This document shows, piece after piece, positions 55,608 to 64,000 of a DNA stretch of 64,000 bases. A program made the position numbers and the translations under genes. Under the pieces are notes generated by a model. The model was not told the DNA's origin. It searched no databases and saw only the letters and a program-made list of their open reading frames with translations. The stretch lies in the NCBI GenBank assembly GCA_937922015.1, contig CAKZVB010000034.1:7775-71774 (forward strand). The letters are read 5' to 3'. How positions within the stretch are numbered: position 1 is the first letter of the stretch; every line of letters begins with the position of its first letter. Origin of the DNA: an uncultured Granulosicoccaceae bacterium (GTDB lineage Bacteria; Pseudomonadota; Gammaproteobacteria; Granulosicoccales; Granulosicoccaceae).

Positions 55608-57056
55608 TCAGCTCAGACTGGTCAGCAATATTGACATGAGCACAGCACTGCCTGTACCAGCAATTGCTATCGGCAAAACCCGCCGCAGCAAATCTGCCTC
55701 CGCTCCCGGATAGCCCGCAATACTGGCAGCGAAAACAACTCTGCCCGGCGACGCCAGCGTTGTATTACTGCCAGCGGCGTTTTGCACCGCCGCGGCAATA
55801 TCTACCGGCATTCCCACCTGCGTGGCGGCACTGACCTGAAACCCCATAAACAATGCGTTTGAAGACGTATTACTCGCTGTTAGAAATCCACCAAGGCCAC
55901 CCAGCAACGGCACCACAGCAGCGTAGTAACTACCGACTGCACCAGCCAGTGATTGCGCCATCACAGCTGTCATTCCCGATTCCATCATCAATTGTCCAAA
56001 CAATAAAAATCCACCCACCGCGATAGTCGCGACCAGCCACTGCTGACAGGCCGCCTGTGTCAGTAAACGAAGTTGCTGCCTCGCACCCGGCAGTACACAC
56101 ACACCGGCTAGTGCGGCAACAGTCAGCCAGAAACCCACGTGATAAAAGGGTGCAAACGCATACTGGCCGATACCAAGTATCTTTGACTGAAGATAATCCC
56201 GAAGCGGTGCATGCAGCCGGGTCAACAATAGCGATACCATCAGAACCACAAATGGCAATACCGCACGGTTAAAACCACTGATGACCACATTGCTGTCGCG
56301 GGATCGGTTAACCATGGCAGCAACGCCAACCATCACAATGCCAGCCAGACAACCGGCAAGCTCAACACTGAGAAAGACCGACAGAATCCACAGTGAAAAA
56401 CACAGCACCACAGAATACACAACCAGCCAGCCTAGCTGCCGGATGCCCAGAGGCTGCCCGCCAACAACCAATGCAGCACCACCGCAAATCATAACAAACG
56501 GAAAGTTAATAACCGCCGCGAGTTCAGCCAGCCGAACCATTGAAACTCCGGACAACTCCGATCCAATAATAGTCCCGATCGCCAGTGCACCCCATGGCAC
56601 CGCACACTGACCCAACAGAGCAATTACCGCCGCCTGCACCGGCTTGTAGCCAAGCGCAATAAACAGCGGAGCTGCCACCAGAATTCCGACCCCGAAACCA
56701 GTGGCGGATTCAAAAAATACCGATACACCAAAGACAATAGACAGCAAACGGTGAATCTCATCAGGTATGGCTTTGACAACCGCTTTGGCGATGACTTCAA
56801 GCGCACCGCCTGCATCCAGCACACGGTAGAAAAACACTCCCCCTAAAAGCACGTAGGACACATTGATCGTGTTGTGCAGGCCGGCTCCCACAGCACTGAA
56901 GACTCCGGATAACGGCAGTTGAAATTCAGCCCGGATTAAAACTATCAGCGTGGTCATTGCCAGACCCGCAAGCCCTGCTCTCAGGGCCGATTGCCGCCAC
57001 AACAGAATTAACAGGCTGGAAAAAACTATTGGCGCTGTCGCCAGTAAAAGTGACAT
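55608..57056 (-). CDS. lctP: L-lactate permease (LctP) family transporter
   Basis: ~482 aa from the ATG at 57056, polytopic, with LctP-like blocks. The ORF-track start at 57203 adds 49 non-membrane residues. Confidence 0.72.
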   Translation of the reverse strand: MSLLLATAPIVFSSLLILLWRQSALRAGLAGLAMTTLIVLIRAEFQLPLSGVFSAVGAGLHNTINVSYVLLGGVFFYRVLDAGGALEVIAKAVVKAIPDEIHRLLSIVFGVSVFFESATGFGVGILVAAPLFIALGYKPVQAAVIALLGQCAVPWGALAIGTIIGSELSGVSMVRLAELAAVINFPFVMICGGAALVVGGQPLGIRQLGWLVVYSVVLCFSLWILSVFLSVELAGCLAGIVMVGVAAMVNRSRDSNVVISGFNRAVLPFVVLMVSLLLTRLHAPLRDYLQSKILGIGQYAFAPFYHVGFWLTVAALAGVCVLPGARQQLRLLTQAACQQWLVATIAVGGFLLFGQLMMESGMTAVMAQSLAGAVGSYYAAVVPLLGGLGGFLTASNTSSNALFMGFQVSAATQVGMPVDIAAAVQNAAGSNTTLASPGRVVFAASIAGYPGAEADLLRRVLPIAIAGTGSAVLMSILLTSLS

Positions 57057-57302
57057 CAATCTAGCTTCCCGTCTCTGTACTGACACATTGGTGCCGACCC
57101 CTTGGTACCGCAGACAGACTGTGCCTGAGTTTGTAAATACGATTTCGTGAAACCACGCTCGCAAGCCTGAAAAGTCTGAAAAAACACGGGTGTCACCCGC
57201 CACTCAACGAGCCACAAGTCGGGTGGTGTCAAATATTCAACAATCAAAAATCAATTCAACAGTGATTCTACCGTTACAAGTAAAAACCTGCTGATTTTAC
57301 TT

Positions 57303-58859
57303 ATGCCACTGACCGAACCACTAAGTCGTTATTATCGAAGTAGAATATTTTCGATCGCACTACTGACCCCGCTAGTACTGGGACTGCTCGCCTGCACCAC
57401 AACGCCTGCACCACGGGTTTCGTCGTCAAACAGCGCCCAGGCTGGTATCACACAGCCAGGAAATCTGCAGGCAGACAGCCTGTACACCACGGAAATAGCA
57501 GCCAGCGCTTCGCAAGCCCCGCGTGGCGCCTACGCACCTGCTGATGATAGTAAGCTGCAGGCACTACAGAGCTGGTTTATTGAAGCCCGTGATCTGGTGA
57601 GTAATGATCTGAAGATTGATCTGTCTTTCGTAAACGCATCAGTGGTTGGCACAAGCTCCATTCGCAGGCAGGCGCGTCAAAGCCTGCTGGGGGCACTCAG
57701 TCACGACATTCAAAACAATGATTTCGCAGAATCGCTGGTAGACAATATGCTGTCAGCGCAAACGGCAAGCGTGCTGGCAATTTACTCACCGCAGGATAAA
57801 GCCATTCTGCTGCATCGCGACAACCTTGATCACTATCTGCAGTCGCAGGAATCACAGTCATCGCTGAAAGCTTCTATGCAGGCACTGTTAATTCACGAGC
57901 TAATCCATGCCGCCGATGATGTACGCTTCGAAGCCTTCGATCGTTTTGGTGTTTCGTATCAGGAGGTTTTCGCAAAATCAACCATTGTCGAGGGTCATGC
58001 ACAGTGGCACACACGTCGTCTGTGCCAGATAGCCGGCTGCAGTGCCGCGTTTGCATCATTAAACGAATATATGTTCGACGTTGACACTTCCGACGATCCT
58101 GCACTGCAATACATACAGAACAGAAACTTTAAAAATCTTGAGTTCGTGTACCGCGAAGGTGAGAGATTTATTGATCAGCTGATGCAACGGCCGAACGGCC
58201 AGCAACTGGTTACCCTGGCTTTTGAACAACCACCGCGTGACTCTATTCAAATAATAGATCCCGACTCCTTCCCTAATCGCGATCGCGAAATCCGTAACCT
58301 GGCACTATCCACAGCGATTAAGCAGTCCGCAAAACCCTGGGCAGACAATCAGAAAGGGCTCTTGAGGAGAAATGTTCTGGCCGCTGCGGCATTTAGCGTT
58401 AACCCTGAGGCACGTGAACCGATTGTCGATTTTTACACATCAAAAATCCTTGCAGCAGCCAAACACGAATACTATGACCGCACCAGTGAAGTGCCGATAC
58501 CGATATCTGTCATTGCGCTGCAAACCAGTGATGTTGAAACTGCGCAAAAAACCGCAGCGCTGATTTTCGACTCTACGACGAAAACCTACAGTGGACTCAA
58601 TGGAGAGTACGTCAGCCTGAACAACTGGGCAACGGCAAATCACACAGCTACGATTAACAGCGGCTCAACTAAATCGACGTCTATGGATTTGTTCACCGCC
58701 AGCGGCGACATGATCAATGACATGGTAAGTTCCAGCTATCCCGTTGAAGTAGTAACCGCCACCTCTGGCAATTTTGTGGTGCATATTGACGGACGGTATA
58801 AGGGTAGTGAAGAGCTAATGCAGTTAGCTGGTCGACTACTGATAAACCTGCAACGCTAG
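57303..58859 (+). CDS. Hypothetical lipoprotein with HExxH zinc-metalloprotease motif
   Basis: 518 aa. Lipobox LGLLAC (Cys31) and HELIH at 57894-57908 (LLIHELIHAADD). I did not recognise a family. Confidence 0.6.
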   Translation: MPLTEPLSRYYRSRIFSIALLTPLVLGLLACTTTPAPRVSSSNSAQAGITQPGNLQADSLYTTEIAASASQAPRGAYAPADDSKLQALQSWFIEARDLVSNDLKIDLSFVNASVVGTSSIRRQARQSLLGALSHDIQNNDFAESLVDNMLSAQTASVLAIYSPQDKAILLHRDNLDHYLQSQESQSSLKASMQALLIHELIHAADDVRFEAFDRFGVSYQEVFAKSTIVEGHAQWHTRRLCQIAGCSAAFASLNEYMFDVDTSDDPALQYIQNRNFKNLEFVYREGERFIDQLMQRPNGQQLVTLAFEQPPRDSIQIIDPDSFPNRDREIRNLALSTAIKQSAKPWADNQKGLLRRNVLAAAAFSVNPEAREPIVDFYTSKILAAAKHEYYDRTSEVPIPISVIALQTSDVETAQKTAALIFDSTTKTYSGLNGEYVSLNNWATANHTATINSGSTKSTSMDLFTASGDMINDMVSSSYPVEVVTATSGNFVVHIDGRYKGSEELMQLAGRLLINLQR

Positions 58860-58958
58860 CTGGTCTATCCGTAAAGTGAAAGGGTACGTGCCCACCTTAA
58901 ACACGCGGTTACGGGTAAACCCCACAACCGGCATTTCTCCATTCCTGTGCAATAGGCT

Positions 58959-60959
58959 CTATTCAATATCAAACGAAGATGACTGCATGACAATTCGTTT
59001 CTGACCTATTCGCCGCGTAAAACGGCTGCGGTCAAAAAACTCAAGCAGCTCTATCACCAGGTTACGACCAATGCCGGACACGTCCCGAAAAGCACTAACG
59101 GTAAAGTTATCCGCTTTCGCCAGTTGCTCACCTGCCCGCGCCAGTTGGTGCAATACTTCTGGTGTGTAGTATCGATTTGCGCTGACCCGATAAAGCCTGC
59201 CATGCGCAACAAAGGTATTGAGCAGTTGCAAAACCTCCTCATTAGTTTTACCGAGCACCTCTGATATCTGATTGACTCTTGGTGCTATGTTTCCAGCCGG
59301 TTCAAAAAGCTTTTGCAGCTCAAGCCAAATCGATTCATGGTCGTCATCCAGCCGCGACTCGCGCAAGGGATGTTTATACACTGCACCTTTCCTGAGCAAC
59401 AACTTGTGTTCAACCAACTCTTCCAGCGCCTGCAAAAATACCGTTTGCGTACAATTTTCAGGCAGTGCTTTTCTCAGTTGCTCTGCATTCGCCCCCAGAA
59501 CATTTGGATGTGCGGTATGCCAGTTGTCCAGTGTCACAAGCAGCTGCGTTTTCAGACTATCCCAGTGTGCGGGTTTTATACCCCATCGTCTCGCACCATA
59601 CTGGCATACGACAACATCAAACTGTGTGCAATACTCTGAAATTTCACGATCACGGACATTATATTGCACAGCAAATAATTGAAGGTCTACGCCATTTTTG
59701 CACAAGCTCAACAGTGCTGCCAATGCTTGCCCGGTACTGTCAGCATTTACCTGTTCATTATCAATAACAACTATCGCGTCTGTATTTTCAGGTGTTGTTG
59801 CAGTATTCATGGCATGCAACACTTGCAGACGTTGAGGACGGCTGCGACCCCGCTTAGGGGGTAGCGGATCGATCACAACACCGCCCGCAATCGTATGACG
59901 TGCAGACTGATCACGCAATACGAACCGATCACCATTTACTGCAGGCAGTGGTTGCTCGCAAATCAACCTGGCCAGCCCGTATTCACCGACTTTTAGAGAT
60001 TGATTTTCAAGCAGCGCAATACGGCAGGTCACACTGGCTGTCGCCAAGTGTAAATGCGCTGCGGTCCAGTGCTTTAAGTCATTGTTAAAATACTGTGCAT
60101 CCCCGGAATCGAATACGGGAGCCGGTGTGATACTGACATCCAACGTTCGCACCGTTTGCAATTGATCATTTGAGGTTAGCCAACCACCCCTTTTCAGTGA
60201 GATGTTCTTTATATCACTACCACTCACATTTAACGCACACCTCTGCCCGGCCTTCGCGACATCAACACTTTGGTTTTGCGCGTGGATCCCTCTTACCCGC
60301 AAGTGCGCCCGTTGTGACACTGCAAAAATTGAATCTTCAAGTCTGACAGCGCCAGACAGCACGGTGCCCGTCACCACCGTACCTGCACCTGTCACCGAAA
60401 AACTGCGATCAATGGCAAGTCTAAAATGCCCCTGGCAATACACTTTGCTATGTACTTTGGCAAAATCAATCAAGCGTCGCCGCAACTGTTCAATGGCATC
60501 GACGTCGCCAGCACTGACGGCGACAATTTCCGAAGCAGGGAATGCCGATGCGTCAATCAGCGCCTGCAGTTTGGCAATTGTCGCCGCTTGAGTGGCGGAA
60601 TCGACCAGATCTGACTTGGTCATTACAACAATAACTGCCCGGACACCGAGCAATTGAAGGATCGCCAGATGCTCACGAGTTTGCGGCATTGGCCCATCAT
60701 CAGCGGCAACAACAAGCAGGGCCAGGTCAATCGAGCCGACACCGGCGATCATATTGCGTACAAATTTTTCATGCCCCGGCACGTCAATAAAGCCAATCGA
60801 CTCTGCGGCGGCGCCGTCCGTGCCCATAAAAGCAAAACCCAGATCTATTGAGAGACCACGCTTTTTCTCTTCCGGCAGACGGTCAGTATCTACGCCCGTC
60901 AATGCTTTTATCAACGTCGTTTTGCCATGATCAACATGGCCTGCAGTTGCGACAATCAT
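58959..60959 (-). CDS. selB: Selenocysteine-specific translation elongation factor SelB
   Basis: MIVATAGHVDHGKTTLIKALTGVDTDRLPEEKKRGLSIDLGFAF is the SelB G-domain. A long C-terminal winged-helix region follows (SECIS-binding part). An alternative upstream ATG at 61001 would add 14 aa. Confidence 0.9.
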   Translation of the reverse strand: MIVATAGHVDHGKTTLIKALTGVDTDRLPEEKKRGLSIDLGFAFMGTDGAAAESIGFIDVPGHEKFVRNMIAGVGSIDLALLVVAADDGPMPQTREHLAILQLLGVRAVIVVMTKSDLVDSATQAATIAKLQALIDASAFPASEIVAVSAGDVDAIEQLRRRLIDFAKVHSKVYCQGHFRLAIDRSFSVTGAGTVVTGTVLSGAVRLEDSIFAVSQRAHLRVRGIHAQNQSVDVAKAGQRCALNVSGSDIKNISLKRGGWLTSNDQLQTVRTLDVSITPAPVFDSGDAQYFNNDLKHWTAAHLHLATASVTCRIALLENQSLKVGEYGLARLICEQPLPAVNGDRFVLRDQSARHTIAGGVVIDPLPPKRGRSRPQRLQVLHAMNTATTPENTDAIVVIDNEQVNADSTGQALAALLSLCKNGVDLQLFAVQYNVRDREISEYCTQFDVVVCQYGARRWGIKPAHWDSLKTQLLVTLDNWHTAHPNVLGANAEQLRKALPENCTQTVFLQALEELVEHKLLLRKGAVYKHPLRESRLDDDHESIWLELQKLFEPAGNIAPRVNQISEVLGKTNEEVLQLLNTFVAHGRLYRVSANRYYTPEVLHQLARAGEQLAKADNFTVSAFRDVSGIGRNLVIELLEFFDRSRFTRRIGQKRIVMQSSSFDIE

Positions 60960-61330
60960 CGTCTGGTATGCTGGTGGCGACCCTGCAACGATTTGTGGCA
61001 TGGAAATAGGACTATCATAAAGGGTACCTGGCCTTAAACCGCTATTTTCGAAAAAAACAGTAACAAAACTGTATTTTTCATTCTATCAAAATATGAACAA
61101 TGAACCTGACATCCCGGAAGATGTTGCCCGAATTTGAGCATGAATCATTGCGGCGTCAGCGCAAACGCCGGCCCGGAGTGAATCTCAGGCCAAAAATACA
61201 GGCTCACGCTTAACCATCTGCAAAAAGTAGCGTTGCCGATAGCACTGGTATCGGTCGGGCACTATCAATGCAGTTAAACTTACAGATATATCCGGCTTGC
61301 TGTCAGCAGGTCGCAACAGGTGGAAACCTT

Positions 61331-62497
61331 ATGCCAAAACTATCTGACGTTGTAGCGTCCCAACGCGAACACCTGGAAGCACTGGAGTGCCCCGTTTTCG
61401 AGCACACCGCTTTGGTACCACCACGACCGCTCAATGAGTGCAAAGTGGCGTTGATCTCCAGCGCAGGTTTGATGAGTCGCCACGATGACAACGTGCCGGG
61501 CAATAGCGCTGACTATCGCAGCTTTGCCAACGCCAGCACCGACCGCGACTTACTAGTCAATCATGTCTCTGTTAACTTCGACCGCACCGGTTTTGCGGAA
61601 GACGCGAACACCTTATTTCCACGTGAGCGATTGCGGCAATTGTCAGATGACGATGTCATCAGCGCAGCGGCGACTGAGCACTATTCTTTCATGGGTGCTA
61701 CCAACCCGGACAACATGAGGGACGCCGTTACCAGGCTGGTTGCCCAGCTTAAAGAAAATAGAGTCAATACCGTCTGCCTGTTACCTGCCTGACCAAACTG
61801 TACTCGCGCCGTGAGCGTGATTGCACACTGGATTGAACAACAAGGTATCAGCACCGTGGTCATAGGACTCGTCAAATTGCATCTCGAAAAAATTCAGCCA
61901 CCGCGCGCGCTATTTGTGCCGTTTGAATTTGGCAGACCCGTCGGTGCACCGGACGATAGCGACTTACAACTGGAAGTGCTTACGCAGGCACTGAATCTGA
62001 TAGAAACACAAACTGAAGCCGGCACTATTGTCGAATTCGACAAGGAAGATCCAAGAGCAACACCGGACCCTGAGTGGATTCCTCCCGCTATTGAAGCGGC
62101 TGACAACATCGCCGCAGAAGTGCTTGCATTAAAGCCGAATTATCAACGCCAGTGTGTAGATAAGAGCCGGACTGCTGTGGGAGTGTCAAAACTGAAAATT
62201 GCAGATGCTGCCGACCTCTTTGACACAATTGCGGCCGGTGAGGCACCATCGATCACTCGCGAAGGTATCTCAGCCAATGTCATGATGCGTCTGGCGATGG
62301 ACGATTTAAAAGCTTATTATATTGAAGCCGCACTGGCTGACGGCACTCCCTCAAGCAGGCAGATTTATGACTGGCTATGGGATGATACTCTGCTCGGTCG
62401 CCAGATAAAAGAACTGCGAGTGCGTTTTATGGAATCTAATGACAACAAGCTGGAAAAAATTGGCACCTCTTACTGTGTACCCCATCGCTGGCGATAA
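61331..62497 (+). CDS. GrdB/PrdB-family selenoprotein with in-frame UGA (Sec154) at 61790..61792, plus a ~150-aa C-terminal extension
   Basis: ORF-track pieces 61268..61792 and 61811..62497 are in the same frame and separated only by a TGA. Read-through gives ...NRVNTVCLLPA-U-PNCTRAVSVIAHWIEQQGISTVVIG...VPFEFGRPVGAP. The ATG at 61331 is preceded by AGGTGGA. The downstream piece has no ATG or SD of its own. The gene is flanked by selB and selA. Confidence 0.8.
61809..61831 (+). promoter_or_regulatory. Candidate bacterial SECIS hairpin
   Basis: CCGTG-a-GC-[GTGATT]-GC-a-CAC-t-GG begins 16 nt after the UGA. It has an interrupted stem with an A.A mismatch and a bulged U, and a GU-containing apical loop, loosely similar to E. 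coli fdhF-type SECIS architecture. Confidence 0.45.
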
Positions 62498-62512
62498 ACG
62501 GCTGCAACAACA

Positions 62513-63943
62513 TTGTCACTAGACGATTGCCCATCACAACTACGCTTACTGCCCTCTATCGATTTTGTATTGAGGGACAGTGACTGCCAGGCACTGGCAG
62601 ATCAATTCGGTAAAAGCTTCCTGCTCGAGGAACTGAAGTTACAATTAACCTCACTGCGCCGGGAGATTCAAACAGGCACTGGCGCAGGCAACACAACAAC
62701 CCGAACAAGAGCAACGCTCACCAGCCTCCTGATTGCCAGAAGTAATGCTGCACTCAATGAATTGTTCGCCCCTTCACTGCGCGCCGTCACCAATCTCAGC
62801 GGCGTTATTTTACACACCAACCTTGGCAGAGCGCCGTACCCTGAAGCCGCCATCAATGCCATGGTCAGTGTCAGCAGGGGCGCATGTAACCTTGAATATA
62901 ACCTGCACAACGGTAAGCGCGGACGCCGTGATGATCACGTGGAAAAATGGATTTGTAAACTGACAGGGGCGGAAGCCGCCACAACAGTCAATAACAACGC
63001 TGCAGCCGTCCTGCTGGTTTTAAATACCCTTGCAGCAAAAAAGGAAGTCATTGTCTCGCGCGGAGAACTGATTGAAATTGGCGGATCATTCAGGATGCCG
63101 TCCATCATGAAAAAAGCCAGCTGCAAATTGCGTGAAGTTGGCACCACGAATCGCACTCACCTGAAGGATTATCAGCAAGCCATCGGTAAAAAGACCGCAG
63201 CGCTCATGAAGGTACACACCAGTAATTATGAAATAAGCGGCTTCAGTCAAAGCATCAAGGCGGCAGAGCTTGCCGGCCTTGCCGCGACATCACAGGTCCC
63301 GTTGATCGATGACCTTGGCAGCGGCAGCCTGACTGATCTATCACCTTTCGGACTGCCGGCCGAACGCACAGCTTCACAGGCGATAGCTGAAGGCGTAGAC
63401 ATCATTACCTTCAGCGGCGATAAACTACTGGGCGGTCCACAGTGCGGAATTATTGCCGGCCGCCGTGAATTGATACAACTCATTGACAAAAACCCCATGA
63501 AACGGGCAATGAGACTGGATAAAATCACCCTCGCCGCATTAGAAGCCATTTTAAAACTCTATGCGAAACCTGAAGAACTTACCCAACACCTACCCGCCCT
63601 GCGTCTGCTTTCAAGACCGGCCGGACAAATACAAAAATCGGCGGAAATACTTCAGCAACTATTAGCGGCCGTATTGCCAGCATCGGTCACCACCGCAATA
63701 GAGCCCTGCCAGAGCCAGATAGGAAGTGGCGCTCTGCCAACCAAAACTCTGGACAGCTTCGCCGTGGTATTAAGAACCAATCAAACGCTTGCTGTGGAAC
63801 ATCTGGCAAACACTCTAAGGCGGACCCCGCAAGCTATTATCGGCAGAATCAAAAACGACGCACTCTACCTTGATTGCAGAGCGCTGGAAAACCCGGACGA
63901 ACTATCAGCATCAATAAGCCAGCTTCCAGAGTTGCTGTCATAA
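62513..63943 (+). CDS. selA: L-seryl-tRNA(Sec) selenium transferase
   Basis: 476 aa. The N-terminus SQLRLLPSIDFVLRD parallels E. coli SelA SLYSQLPAIDRLLRD. PLP-lysine context FSGDKLLGGPQCG. The only available start is TTG at 62513, 15 nt after the selenoprotein stop. Confidence 0.9.
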   Translation: MSLDDCPSQLRLLPSIDFVLRDSDCQALADQFGKSFLLEELKLQLTSLRREIQTGTGAGNTTTRTRATLTSLLIARSNAALNELFAPSLRAVTNLSGVILHTNLGRAPYPEAAINAMVSVSRGACNLEYNLHNGKRGRRDDHVEKWICKLTGAEAATTVNNNAAAVLLVLNTLAAKKEVIVSRGELIEIGGSFRMPSIMKKASCKLREVGTTNRTHLKDYQQAIGKKTAALMKVHTSNYEISGFSQSIKAAELAGLAATSQVPLIDDLGSGSLTDLSPFGLPAERTASQAIAEGVDIITFSGDKLLGGPQCGIIAGRRELIQLIDKNPMKRAMRLDKITLAALEAILKLYAKPEELTQHLPALRLLSRPAGQIQKSAEILQQLLAAVLPASVTTAIEPCQSQIGSGALPTKTLDSFAVVLRTNQTLAVEHLANTLRRTPQAIIGRIKNDALYLDCRALENPDELSASISQLPELLS

Positions 63944-64000
63944 ATTCAGCCTGCGTTACTTTTTGGCGGGTGACATGGCAAGGTACATACCGGGTATGAT

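Noticed and set aside
58860-58958. The 99-nt gap after the selB stop is about the size of a tRNA-Sec gene.
   Set aside because: Neither strand shows an acceptor-stem pairing, a UCA anticodon loop in a plausible stem, or a T-arm consensus.
61116-61210. GGAAGATG... in the selB/selenoprotein spacer resembles the 5' end of E. coli tRNA-Sec (GGAAGATC...).
   Set aside because: There is no complementary 3' acceptor strand (CATCTTCC) downstream. I also see no CUUCAAA anticodon loop and no GGTTCGA-type T-arm. The small hairpin CGGCGT-cagcgcaa-ACGCCG is all that is there.

Overview
This is a 64-kb chromosomal segment at roughly 50% GC. Gene content suggests a marine gammaproteobacterium (GlyGly-CTERM cargo, TTT transporter, HrpA/PriA/FtsN-like backbone), but that is an inference. 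I can support about 50 protein-coding genes. I found no rRNA, tRNA, CRISPR array, transposase or integrase.

Gene content in window order:
- Start of window: M20 amidohydrolase (5' partial), chaC, sodB.
- A scattered molybdate/Moco patch: modC, an orphan CoxM-like FAD subunit, a CoA-transferase, modB, modA, and a MoCF-binding/MocA-like fusion.
- tctCBA, then a stand-alone sucCD.
- A two-subunit GMC flavoprotein dehydrogenase, glyoxalase I, and an RHH protein.
- A Cys-type NAD-dependent formate dehydrogenase (fdsA plus a fused fdsG-fdsB) with a LysR regulator, then a quinone oxidoreductase.
- otnK-otnC-otnI (tetronate catabolism), NUDIX, hrpA, a SPOR protein, priA, hemH.
- Two glycosyltransferases, an Ldh_2 oxidoreductase, an S41 protease, DUF2288, an orphan GATase1, tag.
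- A GAF-LOV histidine kinase with a FixJ/LuxR-type response regulator.
- Two aminotransferases, a GlcD-like oxidase, a GlyGly-CTERM surface protein, a lactate permease, and an HExxH lipoprotein.
- A selenocysteine locus at the end of the window.

The standout is that last locus. selB is divergent from a GrdB/PrdB-family gene that the ORF track splits at an in-frame TGA (61790..61792). I read it as one 388-codon selenoprotein with a U-x-x-C motif and a SECIS-like hairpin downstream. It is followed directly by selA, which has a TTG start.

Other items worth a second look:
- The blue-light LOV kinase.
- A cluster of consensus DnaA boxes between priA and hemH.
- A repeated hairpin-containing intergenic element present in two copies.
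- The fragmented mod/Moco neighbourhood.

All family assignments come from reading the translated ORFs by eye. No database search was run.
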